DNA from: a virus | Length of the DNA: 64,000 nt | IMG/VR virus record: IMGVR_UViG_3300025929_000001 | Coordinates: 1 to 64,000 of that record | Direction: 5' to 3' (one strand) | Shown here: positions 37,997 to 48,762 of the stretch, piece after piece | How positions within the stretch are numbered: the stretch's first letter is position 1 | How the letters are laid out: the number at the start of each line of letters is the position of its first letter | Made by a program: the position numbers and the translations under genes | Notes under the pieces: model-generated | The model's database searches: none | What the model was told of the DNA's origin: nothing | What the model saw: the letters and a program-made list of their open reading frames with translations, nothing else

Positions 37997-40900
37997 ATGG
38001 CCGACGTAATCCGCACAGTAACAGACAACGCATCATTCCAGGCAGCATGCAACACCGCGAATGGATTTGATTGCGTCGGCCAAGCGGCTAACTTTCGCAT
38101 TCAACTCACCAACAGTTTTGTTCCAAGTGGTATCAGCGTAGGTGCTGGAACCAGTAGCGATGACTATAAAGTCATTGTCGAAGCTGCACCCGGCATGGGT
38201 CACGCAGACCTTGCGAACACCGGCGCATACAACTACGGCAATCAGGGTATCGAACTGACGCTTAACAACGACAGCGCGATTATCGCTCATTCTGGTGTGT
38301 GGTTTCACAACCTCCGTATTACCTCCAATGCATATCACGGCTTTCTTGCGCAGAGCGGTGGCAATGGCGTATTACCACGCATCAACGAATGTAAGGTACG
38401 CTGTGAAGCATACGGCGCTATCGGTATCCAAGCATACCAGTCTCTTGAAGTCTACTCCTCATTGTTTGTGCGTAGCTCGACAAGCGGTGGCCCGCTGATC
38501 GACGGCTCCTGGAGCTTGACCGCATTCTTCAGCACGTTCGTACTCCTGCCAGGCGCTACCGCAGAGAAAGCGCACTCGGGCGGATGGGGCGGTCAGTACT
38601 CTGTCTTGATCGACAACCTGTATGTCGGTTTTGCAAACCCTTACGACGGTTCGTTCTGGTGCGTCAACAATTACTCGAACTACGGTAGCGCGAACAACTG
38701 CACAGTCGTATCCAACATTGTTGTTGATACGAGCAACGACTTCCGCGCAGGCTCCAGCGTCCGTGGCCTGGGTACTAGCGAGATGATATCCACGCTGGAC
38801 GGTCGCGGTAACAATCGCGGCAACTTCCCTGATCCAGGCGCAGTGATGTACAATCCGGCAGAAGCTGCTGCGATCCCAACCATCACCAGTCAAACATTTT
38901 CGAACGGTACGCTGACACTCAGCGGCACCTATACCAACAACGCCACGGGCGGATTGCTCGTTGTCGATCCTCTGTACCGGACTGCGGGCGTACCGCGTCA
39001 ACAAACCAGCAGCATCTCGATCAACTCCGGTAACAAGACGTTCTCAGTTACGCTGTCCGGTATGCCGCGTGAGATTTACCGCGTCCCCGTTATGCGGCTG
39101 TCGAACACTGGTGGCCTTGGCCCTAAAGCGACCGTCGGCGTCAGTGCAATCACGAACTACGTTGCGCTCGGTGCAAACCCAACTCCTCCGCCTACCATCC
39201 TGCAACCGAACCGGTGGCAGCCGGCATGGAGCAGCAGCACAAACCTCGGCGACCGCAAAGTCGAACATCGCCGCAACGGTCAAGTCCTTGCAACCTACGG
39301 TGAACTTGGCGATCTGCTCGGGCCCGACCAACGTTACGGCGGCACGCAGTTCCCACTCTTGCCAGGTGACGAAATTCTGGTCTACCCTGCACGCTATTAC
39401 AAAGCCGTCTGGTTCGGCATGCCTAGCGGTGGCGCTGGCGGTAATTCGTCAAGCCCGCTGACCGGTGTTACAGTTCGCGGTCTAACCATTAACGGCGAGC
39501 GTCCTGTTATCTGGTGGAAGTACCTTGACGGGACGGAAGGTCAATACGGTTACGCCAAAGGTAACGGCGCGATCTACGGTACGGGTGTCGTCTATGTAGG
39601 CTACACCGGCGACGGTTGTGTGTGGGATAACATTGACATTATCGACGTCGATGGTTGGACGGGTAAGTCGTTGCTGTACATCAACAACGGCGTTGAAGGC
39701 ATGGTTACGTTCAAGAACATGCGTGTTATGGGTGCTATCATTAGCGGTCATAACGGCATCCTGTCTGCGCATGGTACCCGTTGCGGTCTGACGTTTGAGA
39801 ACGTGGAAACTGCATACCTTGGCGGCGGTGCGACAACCCCTCCGGACATCAACGAAGCACTTGCGCATGGCTACTATATCACGCGTCACGAGCCTAACGC
39901 TCAAGGCGTGTACCCGCAAATTAACTTCAAAGGTTGTTACTTCCATCACGGCTGGTACGGTCACTTGCTGAAGGTTCGTAACCCGCAACTGACGGTTGAA
40001 GGCTGCTATTTCATGGGCGTCAACTCCAAAGCGTTTGGCGACTCGCTGACCCCAGACTTCTGGCGCATGCCTCAGTCGGGTGCAGCACCTTCTGTTAACG
40101 ACTCCGCAGAAGTTTCAAACCTGGATATGCCGAACGGCGGTACGCTGACGTTCATCAATAATGTGGTTGTCAAGAACTACACCGGTCGCGACGTTGGTAT
40201 ATTCTGCCTGAATTGGGGTGCTGAATCAAACATCGGTTGGAGCGGTGGCGAAGCTGGCGTCGACGGTAAAATTACCATCGAGAACAATACGTTTGTGGCC
40301 ATGTCGAACAAGGTGCGGGTTGAAGGCAGTAGCGGTAGCGCTGTCCCTCCGGTTCCCTTGGGCTTCTCCAATGGCCAAGACCATCCCACCAGTGATACAT
40401 GGCCACATGACCGCGTGCCTGTATCCATCCGGAACAACGTGTACGCGGGCTTCGTCGACGAAAGCTGGAAAGAACCAAGCGCACAAATCCTCACCATCGA
40501 CCAAATTAACCTGCCGGGTCGTGATAGCGGTGTGCCGTTCTCGCCGAAGGTCACGCAAGGTTCGATTGGTACTAATGGCGGTCAAGGTCGTCCGATGTAC
40601 GCTCACCGCACGTCCTGGGCTACTCGTACCGACACAAACAAGGGCGGTGTTGGCGACTTCCAAAGCACGCTGTCTGCTACGGGTAACGGTACCGGCCAAC
40701 TGCCGATGATAACCCCATTCCGCAACACAGATGCTCAAGCACTGTCAGGCGGTCAGAATGGCGCAGTGGCTTATCCGCTGCAATACGAATGGTCTGTAAC
40801 CGGTTCGTCTGCGGTGACTGTGAACAGCGGCACTGCTGGCGCTCAAGCTGACGAAGTTGTCCCATCTGGTAGCAGTGGCGGTACGGGTGGAACCGGCGGC

Positions 40901-43900
40901 GGTGGAACCACACCTCCTGATACGGGTGGCGGCACCACGGGCGCTCCAACAAACACGACGCAAGCGTCCGGAGCACCGGTCAACTTTACGGCTGCTAAAT
41001 TGTGGTCATTTGACACCGATACGCAAGGTTGGGTCATGGAGGGTTACGGCTCTCCGTCCGGCGGCCCTAACGTGTTCGACGTGCAGATGGGTACGCTGCG
41101 GGTCTTCCCGAACTACGCAGATAACGTTATCAAGTCGCCAGGTAGCTTGGGCGTGAATGGTGCCGCCAATCCTAAAGTGCAAGTTAGCGTCAAACGCGTC
41201 AACGGTAGCACATGGGAAGGCGGTTTGCGCTGGATCACTACTACCGACAGCAATTGGGACGACGTCAAGTATAAGCAGGTCAACAATACCATCAATTCGT
41301 CGGGTTACACGACGTTGGATTGGGACATGTCGACCATGACCAACTGGACGGGCGGCACCATTAGCCAGATTCGTCTTGACCTTGGCGTGTCACTGGACGA
41401 CGAATTCTTTGTTGACTGGATTGCTATTGGTGCAGCAGCCGCATCCGGTGGCGGAACAAATCCTCCAGGCAGCACTACGGGCACTGTCACCGTCGACCGC
41501 ACCAATGCGCTAGGCGCGAAGGTTATTGCCTTCTACCCTCTGAATGGTTCAGACGGTGAGATTGTTTCAGGTCTGCCTCTGACACTGGTTGCTGGTACTT
41601 ACGTCACGGACGCAACATACGGCAAGGTGCTCCAAGGTTCCACAGACCAAGTTGGCGCTACTATCAATCTTGACCTTAGCACTAAGAACCAGATCTCGTT
41701 CTCATTCCGTGCTAAAAACATAGGTGAGAAAGACATCTTCCAGCATGGCGGAAACTGGCAGCTCAACGAAAACGGTGGCGCAATTATGGTTTCCGGTAAC
41801 TTCGGAGGCGAATACATTGCTGGTGTCAACCATGGACGTAACGGATACGCGGGAACCGGCTTCCCACATCCTGGCGTAGACAGTGCTGCATGGAACTACC
41901 ACATCATTACCCTCGATAACACCAATAAACCTGAACCGTTTGCGACTTGGATGGTCAACGGTACCGAGCTGACCGAATGGAATAGCTTTGGTACTAGCGG
42001 CACATCGTTTAAATCCGGTCTGCTGGAAATCATGAAAACCAGCGGCGGTCAAATACAAAACCTAACGTTCTTTGACGGTATCCTATCATCAGCTGAACGT
42101 ACATCGCTCAACACAAACCCGTCACAGTATTACAAGGTCAATGTTACTAATCCGGGTGGCGGCACCGGTGGCGGAACGGGCGGTAGCGGCACTGTCACAA
42201 TCAATACGAGCAACGCGCTCGGTGCGAAGGTGCTTAAGTACTTCCCGTTCAATGGTGTCGACGGTGAGATCATTAGCGGTAACTCGCTTAACGTGAACAG
42301 TAACGGTCTGTTTATTACGGACTCGACTTACGGTAAAGCGCTCCAGCTCAATGGCGCTGGCCCTGCTGCGACCGTGAACGTCGACCTTAGCGGTCACAAT
42401 ACCATCACGCTCGCCTTCCGCGCAAAGAACATCACCAATGCTAGCCTTATCCAGCACGTTGGTGATCCGTACAATGCAAACTATACGACGGAGCATGGCT
42501 TCTTGGTTCGCGGTCGTGATACAGAGATTAACAACACGAACTTCTTTGTTACGAATCATGGTAGCGGTTGGTCTGCAACCCATTTCAACTACGACTACCG
42601 CAATCTGGACGATACCGGCTGGCATTACCATATTGTCACTCTTATCAACACCTTGGAAGGCGTGCCTCATGGAACGTGGTACACAGACGGCGTAGCTAAT
42701 ACCGTCAACGGCGGCTATGGTTCCGCTGGCTACAAGTTCATCAACGGTTTGATGTCCTTCTTGCTGACTGGTGGTGCAGCAATCCAAAACCTTGCAATCT
42801 TTGCAGACACACTCACGTCCGCAGAGATCACCAGCCTTAGCAACAACCCGGCACAACTGGTCAACGTCGCAACTACGGAAGGCCCGGGCTTCAGCATCTC
42901 GAGCGCGGTCATCCCTGATAACGCACGTAACACGATCGTCTTGCAACTTGGTGCTAGTCTGGACACGACGCACGCTGCGCCAGCTTTCAGCCAGTGGTCA
43001 ATCACTAACCACACAGTGACGTCCTACACCTACCCGAACGGCGCAAACAGCTTCATCGTAACGCTGATTATGAACTCGGAGTTTGCATACGGTGATGTGG
43101 TCAAGCTCAGCTACACGCGACCAACCGCTCCAGCGGGTTTCGCAACGACCGGTAACAGCTATCTGGTTAACACGACGAACTTCTCGGTTACAAACGCTAT
43201 CGCAGCGCCGGCAGTTGGTGAAGGTGCAGCAATCAGCGTCGTAAGCGCAACCATCACCAACGCTAACACGAACGCAATTGTGGTCGTGCTCAGCGGTAAT
43301 ATTGATACGTCGCATGCTGCTCCGCCTTTCGGTCAGTGGATTCTAACAGGTCGCACCGTCACCGGTTACAGCTATCCAAATGGTACTAGCGGTAACACAG
43401 TCCAACTGACGGTTAGCGGCGCTGCATTCGCCTATGGTGATGTAGTCACCTTGGGATATACGCGTCCGAGTGCTCCGGTCGGCTTTGCGGCTGCGGGTAA
43501 CAGTTATCTGGCGTCGTTCAGCAACCTTGCAGTGACGAATAGCATTCCGTCCGGTAGCGGTACGTCCGAAGGCACACCAATTACCATTCTCAGCGCAACG
43601 GTGAACAACTCGTCGCCTGGTTCTGTGTCCGTGGTGCTAAGCGACTTCCTGGACCGTTCGCACGCTGACCCTGCTTATGGTCAATGGGCCGTGACTGGCC
43701 ATAGCGTTACCGCATACGAGTTCGACCAGACCAACGCCAACAAGCTCAACTTGGTTCTAAACTCGCCTGTTGTGTACGGTACAACTCTGTCGCTCGGCTA
43801 CACCAGGCCTACAGCGCCCGCAGGCTTTGCTGCGTCGGGCAATCGGTACCTGTCGACCTTTTCGGGTTTGAGCATCACCAATAACGTTGCCTACGTCTAT

Positions 43901-45451
43901 GTACCGTCGGATATTCCTAAGGGTATCTCCGCTTTTGTCATGGCTACACCAAGCACGAACCCTGTGCCTACAGGTTTTGTGTTCGCGCAAAGCTATCAAG
44001 ACTGGTTGACGTCAGACAACGCTGCACGCTGCTTGCTGGTCGAAGTCTCGGTACTGGATAGCGGTGGCAATCCGCAAACGATCTTCCTGTCCAGCACTGG
44101 TTACGTCACGAGCCCAACCGACAGCCCTGCTAACGTCCACTATCTGCCAGTGGTGTCCAATGGCGTTAGCTTCTCGGAGAAGTTGGCAGTTGACTCCGCA
44201 CAACTGTCTTACGGTGACATCGAGCTCGACAATAGCTCCGCTGAGCTCGACCCATACCTGTCGTATGTGTGGGCAAACAAAGCAATTAAGATTTACTCCG
44301 GTGACGTGCGTTGGTCGCGTTCGCAGTTCCAGCTGATCTTTACGGGCTTGGTCGAGAATATCGACAGCAGTTCGCGCACTACGCTGAATCTGAAGCTGCG
44401 TGACAAAATGCAGCAACTGAACACGCCGCTGACCGATGTCAAGGTAGGCGGTACGTCGCAGTTTAAAGACTCACTGATACCATTGGTGTTCGGCGAAGTA
44501 CACAACATGACGCCGGTTCTGGTCGACGCAGCATTGCACACCTACCAGTTCCATCAACGTCGTGCAAACTATGTAATCGAAGTTCGCGACAATGGTGCAC
44601 CAGTGGTTGTGACCTCTGATCCATTTATCGGCATGTTCCAGTTGTCGGGTTCGCCAGCGGGTGCGATCACTTGCAGCGTGCAAGGCGATATGCCCAATGG
44701 TGTGTGGCCAGTGACCGTTGCTAGCATCATTAAAACAATCGTCACGAGCTTTGGTAAAGCTAGCACGCGCTTGACCCTTGCAGACATCGACACCGCTAAC
44801 TTCGATGCGTTCGACGCAGCAAACCCGCAACCTGTCGGCTTCTGCGCCACAAACACCATCAACGTAATCGACGCTTGCCAGCAGCTTGCAGCGACGGTTG
44901 GCGCTCAGTTGATGTTCAACCGCCTTGGACTGCTGCAACTGGTGAAGCTGCAAATTCCGGGTCTGGGTACGCCGCAAGCAATTGGGCCAGCAGACATGTT
45001 GACGCATACGCTGCACGTTGCAGCTAGGCCTGACATCCAAGCTGCGGTGAAGCTTGGTTACTGCAAGAACTGGACTGTTCAAGCTAACCTGCAAACCGGC
45101 ATTCTGGAAGAACACAAAGCTCGCTATGCGACCGAGTGGGACACCAAGACGGTTGTGAATTCCACGGTTGCAGCTACATACAATCTGGACGTTGAGCCTA
45201 CCCAACGCGACACAATGTTCCTGCGTTCATCTGAAGCTGAGGTCGAAGCCAACCGTCTGTTGTTCATAATGGGCGCTGCAAGAACTGTGTATGAGTTCAC
45301 CGGTTTGCCGATCTGCCAAAACCTGTATCTGGGCCAGGCGGTAACACTCACACACGGTCGGTTCGGTTTGGATACCGGAAAAGCGGGAGTTGTGGTAGGA
45401 TTAGACCCGGACTGGTTAACCGGCCGCGTTGTAGTCCAAGTCCTCATATAA
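37997..45451 (+). CDS. giant tail-tip/hub protein with N-terminal beta-helix, CBM-like, 2x LamG-like and 3x Ig/SwmB-like domains
   Basis: C-terminal ~480 aa hub (GDIELDN...LD, IF.G.VE, P.VFGEV.N.TP, VKLGY.KNWTVQ); about 2000-aa N-terminal extension. Confidence 0.8.
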   Translation: MADVIRTVTDNASFQAACNTANGFDCVGQAANFRIQLTNSFVPSGISVGAGTSSDDYKVIVEAAPGMGHADLANTGAYNYGNQGIELTLNNDSAIIAHSGVWFHNLRITSNAYHGFLAQSGGNGVLPRINECKVRCEAYGAIGIQAYQSLEVYSSLFVRSSTSGGPLIDGSWSLTAFFSTFVLLPGATAEKAHSGGWGGQYSVLIDNLYVGFANPYDGSFWCVNNYSNYGSANNCTVVSNIVVDTSNDFRAGSSVRGLGTSEMISTLDGRGNNRGNFPDPGAVMYNPAEAAAIPTITSQTFSNGTLTLSGTYTNNATGGLLVVDPLYRTAGVPRQQTSSISINSGNKTFSVTLSGMPREIYRVPVMRLSNTGGLGPKATVGVSAITNYVALGANPTPPPTILQPNRWQPAWSSSTNLGDRKVEHRRNGQVLATYGELGDLLGPDQRYGGTQFPLLPGDEILVYPARYYKAVWFGMPSGGAGGNSSSPLTGVTVRGLTINGERPVIWWKYLDGTEGQYGYAKGNGAIYGTGVVYVGYTGDGCVWDNIDIIDVDGWTGKSLLYINNGVEGMVTFKNMRVMGAIISGHNGILSAHGTRCGLTFENVETAYLGGGATTPPDINEALAHGYYITRHEPNAQGVYPQINFKGCYFHHGWYGHLLKVRNPQLTVEGCYFMGVNSKAFGDSLTPDFWRMPQSGAAPSVNDSAEVSNLDMPNGGTLTFINNVVVKNYTGRDVGIFCLNWGAESNIGWSGGEAGVDGKITIENNTFVAMSNKVRVEGSSGSAVPPVPLGFSNGQDHPTSDTWPHDRVPVSIRNNVYAGFVDESWKEPSAQILTIDQINLPGRDSGVPFSPKVTQGSIGTNGGQGRPMYAHRTSWATRTDTNKGGVGDFQSTLSATGNGTGQLPMITPFRNTDAQALSGGQNGAVAYPLQYEWSVTGSSAVTVNSGTAGAQADEVVPSGSSGGTGGTGGGGTTPPDTGGGTTGAPTNTTQASGAPVNFTAAKLWSFDTDTQGWVMEGYGSPSGGPNVFDVQMGTLRVFPNYADNVIKSPGSLGVNGAANPKVQVSVKRVNGSTWEGGLRWITTTDSNWDDVKYKQVNNTINSSGYTTLDWDMSTMTNWTGGTISQIRLDLGVSLDDEFFVDWIAIGAAAASGGGTNPPGSTTGTVTVDRTNALGAKVIAFYPLNGSDGEIVSGLPLTLVAGTYVTDATYGKVLQGSTDQVGATINLDLSTKNQISFSFRAKNIGEKDIFQHGGNWQLNENGGAIMVSGNFGGEYIAGVNHGRNGYAGTGFPHPGVDSAAWNYHIITLDNTNKPEPFATWMVNGTELTEWNSFGTSGTSFKSGLLEIMKTSGGQIQNLTFFDGILSSAERTSLNTNPSQYYKVNVTNPGGGTGGGTGGSGTVTINTSNALGAKVLKYFPFNGVDGEIISGNSLNVNSNGLFITDSTYGKALQLNGAGPAATVNVDLSGHNTITLAFRAKNITNASLIQHVGDPYNANYTTEHGFLVRGRDTEINNTNFFVTNHGSGWSATHFNYDYRNLDDTGWHYHIVTLINTLEGVPHGTWYTDGVANTVNGGYGSAGYKFINGLMSFLLTGGAAIQNLAIFADTLTSAEITSLSNNPAQLVNVATTEGPGFSISSAVIPDNARNTIVLQLGASLDTTHAAPAFSQWSITNHTVTSYTYPNGANSFIVTLIMNSEFAYGDVVKLSYTRPTAPAGFATTGNSYLVNTTNFSVTNAIAAPAVGEGAAISVVSATITNANTNAIVVVLSGNIDTSHAAPPFGQWILTGRTVTGYSYPNGTSGNTVQLTVSGAAFAYGDVVTLGYTRPSAPVGFAAAGNSYLASFSNLAVTNSIPSGSGTSEGTPITILSATVNNSSPGSVSVVLSDFLDRSHADPAYGQWAVTGHSVTAYEFDQTNANKLNLVLNSPVVYGTTLSLGYTRPTAPAGFAASGNRYLSTFSGLSITNNVAYVYVPSDIPKGISAFVMATPSTNPVPTGFVFAQSYQDWLTSDNAARCLLVEVSVLDSGGNPQTIFLSSTGYVTSPTDSPANVHYLPVVSNGVSFSEKLAVDSAQLSYGDIELDNSSAELDPYLSYVWANKAIKIYSGDVRWSRSQFQLIFTGLVENIDSSSRTTLNLKLRDKMQQLNTPLTDVKVGGTSQFKDSLIPLVFGEVHNMTPVLVDAALHTYQFHQRRANYVIEVRDNGAPVVVTSDPFIGMFQLSGSPAGAITCSVQGDMPNGVWPVTVASIIKTIVTSFGKASTRLTLADIDTANFDAFDAANPQPVGFCATNTINVIDACQQLAATVGAQLMFNRLGLLQLVKLQIPGLGTPQAIGPADMLTHTLHVAARPDIQAAVKLGYCKNWTVQANLQTGILEEHKARYATEWDTKTVVNSTVAATYNLDVEPTQRDTMFLRSSEAEVEANRLLFIMGAARTVYEFTGLPICQNLYLGQAVTLTHGRFGLDTGKAGVVVGLDPDWLTGRVVVQVLI

Positions 45452-45472
45452 CCACACTTAATCGGGCGATCA

Positions 45473-47806
45473 ATGAGCGCAATTATTAATGACCGCGACG
45501 TCTGGCTTGAGTCCTTCTTAAGCCGGTTCGGTGTTTCCACTGTTCAGCCCGCTTCCGGGATTGGTTCGCTGCAAGCGTCTACAACCGGCGTCAACATTGC
45601 TGCGGCTAAGAAACTGGACTTGGTCGCAACTACGCAAACATTCACGACGGCAAACGGCTCAACCGAACCGCCAGTGATTATTGTGTCGCCAACGCTGCGC
45701 AATCTGACAGGCACGCCGTCGTATAGTGTGGTCAGCGGGTCTGCTACGCTCAACGCGTCGGGCACTGGCGTACAGGTGTTCTTCAATTCAATGGGGAACA
45801 AGGTAACTATCAAGGGTCAGATTACAGACTCCGGTGTTACCTATATGGATCAGGTAACACTGGTGAAGCTTAGCAGCGGAACCGGTGTTACCACTCTCCT
45901 GACGAACGAGTACCATGCCTATCTTGCCGACACCTTTGGCAACATCTTCAATTACATGGGCGGCAGCGGCACGTTCCGGGTGTGGGACGGCACGTTCGAA
46001 GTCACCAATGCTTGCACATTCTCTGTCTTAACGAATACAAACAATCTGCTAGTAAGCATATCCAATATCGGTCAGTACGCTGTCACTGGTATGCCTAGCA
46101 ACGTGGACAATGCGACGATCACATTCCGCGCAGTCTATAAGACCGTCAACTACGACCTAACGCTCACGCTAGCAAAGCTCAAAGCGGCAGCAGGAAGTCC
46201 CGCTGATCCTACACAGTACACGGCTGGCGGATTGCGCATACCTGTCAAGGTTAGTGCGCCTATTGGTGCGAGCTCCTGGAGCAATGCGACCGCAACTTCG
46301 TTGTTCTCGTCGGTTGGTGGCCCGGTGCTAAACGACGTCGTAACCGAGTACAATAATTCCACGAACCCACCATTCCAGGAAACTCGGTTCTACGCTAACA
46401 ATACGTGGAACCTGCTGACTGCGTCCATTGACGGCAACTTGCTTGTGAACGGTACGGTCGGTGCGGATAAGATTGCTGCGGGTTCCATTACTGCTGACAA
46501 GCTAGCTATTGGCGCAATCAGTGTTAGCAATGCTCCGGGTTCGATTACCGGAACCATGATTGCGGACGGTACCATCACGACCGCTAAAATCGCAGCGAAC
46601 CAGATTACTGCTGCGCTGATCGCAGCGAATACCATCACCGCGGATAAGCTCGCGATTGGTGTGGTCAACAGCACGCTTGGCCAACCCGGTACCATTACCG
46701 GGACGATGATCGCTGACGGCACAATCACTACTGCTAAGATTGCAGCTAACTCCATTACCGCCGATCGTATCGCGGTTGGTGTTATTCCGTCCAGTACTGT
46801 AGGTCAACCGGGTTCGATTACTGGTACCATGATCGCCAATGGTACGATCCTCACTGCTAACATCGGCGCGAACCAAATTACGTCAGCGCTGATCGCAGCG
46901 GGTACGATCACAGCAGATCGCATTGCAGTAGGTGTGATCCCAAGCAGCAACGTCGGACAGCCTGGTTCCATCACCGGTACCATGATTGCCGATGGGACGA
47001 TTACCACTGCCAAGATTGCAGCGAACCAAATAACCGCAGATAAAATCTCGGTTGGTAGCCTTGGTGCGATCTCTGCCAACATTGGCACTGTGACCTCTGG
47101 TTTCATCAAGGGTAATGTAATTGTCGGCGGTCCTGGATACACCACTACAAACTATCAATGGCCTGGAGATCAAGGAAATGGTGGATCTGCTGGCGGCTTC
47201 CATCTGAGCCCTGCCGGCCTTTTGATGGGCAATCCTAGCAGCGGCAGATATGTACAGATAACCGAGGGCGGTAATATCTACTGCCCGAACTTTAGCATTG
47301 TGAACGGCTCAGTCGGCATCAACGGTAACGGTTCTTTCTCCGGCAACGTGTACGCTTACGACGGTTATTTTGCTGGCGACATCTCCGCTTCACGCGGTAA
47401 TATTTCGGGTACTGCGTATATTGCTGACGCTAGTATTCTAAACGCAAAGATCGGCAACCTGCAAGTCGATACAATTAAGATTGCAAATTCATCTGTTTCC
47501 AATATCTTAGGCTTTGGTGCAATCAACGTAGATGAATTTTGGGCGTACTACTTTGATGTCCCGGGAGATACGTTTGCAGCAATTCTAGTTTCATTTTATT
47601 CGAATACAACGGACTACTTTGGGAATACGCTGGTTCAGTACGTCAGTGACGGTGGCGATAACCATGTCTTGAATAACTCAGGTAGCGGCTCGTTTACGCA
47701 ACTGGCTTTCGTGCCGCCTGGACGGTATTATATTCGTATGCGGTCACAAGGTTACGCCACGTACCATCAGGAAAGCCTGACGCAAGTGATTATCTTAAAG
47801 AAATAG
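45473..47806 (+). CDS. tail fibre protein
   Basis: IDGNLLV.GTV.ADKI and many GTITTAKIAA repeats; IADASI.NAKIG.LQVDTIKIA. Confidence 0.8.
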   Translation: MSAIINDRDVWLESFLSRFGVSTVQPASGIGSLQASTTGVNIAAAKKLDLVATTQTFTTANGSTEPPVIIVSPTLRNLTGTPSYSVVSGSATLNASGTGVQVFFNSMGNKVTIKGQITDSGVTYMDQVTLVKLSSGTGVTTLLTNEYHAYLADTFGNIFNYMGGSGTFRVWDGTFEVTNACTFSVLTNTNNLLVSISNIGQYAVTGMPSNVDNATITFRAVYKTVNYDLTLTLAKLKAAAGSPADPTQYTAGGLRIPVKVSAPIGASSWSNATATSLFSSVGGPVLNDVVTEYNNSTNPPFQETRFYANNTWNLLTASIDGNLLVNGTVGADKIAAGSITADKLAIGAISVSNAPGSITGTMIADGTITTAKIAANQITAALIAANTITADKLAIGVVNSTLGQPGTITGTMIADGTITTAKIAANSITADRIAVGVIPSSTVGQPGSITGTMIANGTILTANIGANQITSALIAAGTITADRIAVGVIPSSNVGQPGSITGTMIADGTITTAKIAANQITADKISVGSLGAISANIGTVTSGFIKGNVIVGGPGYTTTNYQWPGDQGNGGSAGGFHLSPAGLLMGNPSSGRYVQITEGGNIYCPNFSIVNGSVGINGNGSFSGNVYAYDGYFAGDISASRGNISGTAYIADASILNAKIGNLQVDTIKIANSSVSNILGFGAINVDEFWAYYFDVPGDTFAAILVSFYSNTTDYFGNTLVQYVSDGGDNHVLNNSGSGSFTQLAFVPPGRYYIRMRSQGYATYHQESLTQVIILKK

Positions 47807-47813
47807 GTGCAGC

Positions 47814-48377
47814 ATGGACGAAACACCGGAAGTTCCATTCCCAGAAATGCCCGTCGTAAACCCCAACAATCGTCCAGATGATTGGGTGGCACCGCAACGA
47901 CCGGTCGACATACCACTTGATCCGTCTGTAGTCATGCGGCCGTCTAAATATAACTGCTTGATTTATCATTACTATACGGGCGAAATACGCGGCAATTTTG
48001 ACGTACCTTCGCCTGCATTGGATGATTGGTTGGAATATCATTCGACAAACCATTTAATGTTCGCAGGTGATCCGCTGACGCAATATGTCGACATTGTAAA
48101 CAAAGTCTTGATTGACCGTCCCGAGAATCCCGCAGCACTGGACGGTGGCTTTATTCGCAACGTACCATCTCCAACGATCCCCGCAGCTATTGCTGACGGT
48201 CCAATTGAAGGGGTACAACTAAAGACAACCGTACTCGTTAGCGTCAACGGCAGCAACAAGTGGCAGTTCTTTGAAACAGAGGACGATGAAATCGAGTTGG
48301 ACTTTGCACCGGGTAGTTATAAAGTCGAAATCCGCGCATTCCCATACAAGAACAAAATCATAGAGGTCACAATATGA
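47814..48377 (+). CDS. tail fibre-associated protein
   Basis: position; YVD.....L..RP.N, F.PG.Y.V.I..FPY. Confidence 0.65.
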   Translation: MDETPEVPFPEMPVVNPNNRPDDWVAPQRPVDIPLDPSVVMRPSKYNCLIYHYYTGEIRGNFDVPSPALDDWLEYHSTNHLMFAGDPLTQYVDIVNKVLIDRPENPAALDGGFIRNVPSPTIPAAIADGPIEGVQLKTTVLVSVNGSNKWQFFETEDDEIELDFAPGSYKVEIRAFPYKNKIIEVTI

Positions 48378-48742
48378 AGCTTACCATCCTGGACAATTCC
48401 TATAAAGAGCAAACATGGGAACGGCTGAAAGCTGTCCGGGACGCTGCGGAGTACGGCGGGTTCACATATAACGGCGCAGTGTTTGATTCAGATGAAACTA
48501 GCGTGCGTCGGATTACCGGCGCGGTGACGCTTGCAATGATTGCGCAAAGCACCGGCGAACCCTACAGCGAGACTTGGATTCTTGCCGACAATAGCACCAT
48601 GCAGCTTGACGCCCAAGGTGTTATCGGGCTCGGTGTGGCCATGGGAGCACACGTCAAAGCATTGTTTGCACGATCGGTTGCAGCACGAATAGAAGTAGAA
48701 GCAGCAACGACCAAAGCTCAACTAGACGCAATTGTCTGGTAA
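48374..48742 (+). CDS. DUF4376-like tail fibre assembly protein
   Basis: RD....GGF...G..FDSD..S..RI.GA, W.LADN....L.A, I.W end. Confidence 0.8.
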   Translation: MKLTILDNSYKEQTWERLKAVRDAAEYGGFTYNGAVFDSDETSVRRITGAVTLAMIAQSTGEPYSETWILADNSTMQLDAQGVIGLGVAMGAHVKALFARSVAARIEVEAATTKAQLDAIVW

Positions 48743-48762
48743 TAACCACACTAGGACACATC

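Noticed and set aside
46450-47060. Repeats in the tail fibre as a possible DGR template/variable pair
   Set aside because: They are ordinary GTITTAKIAA fibre repeats; there is no adenine-specific mismatch pattern and no reverse transcriptase in the window.
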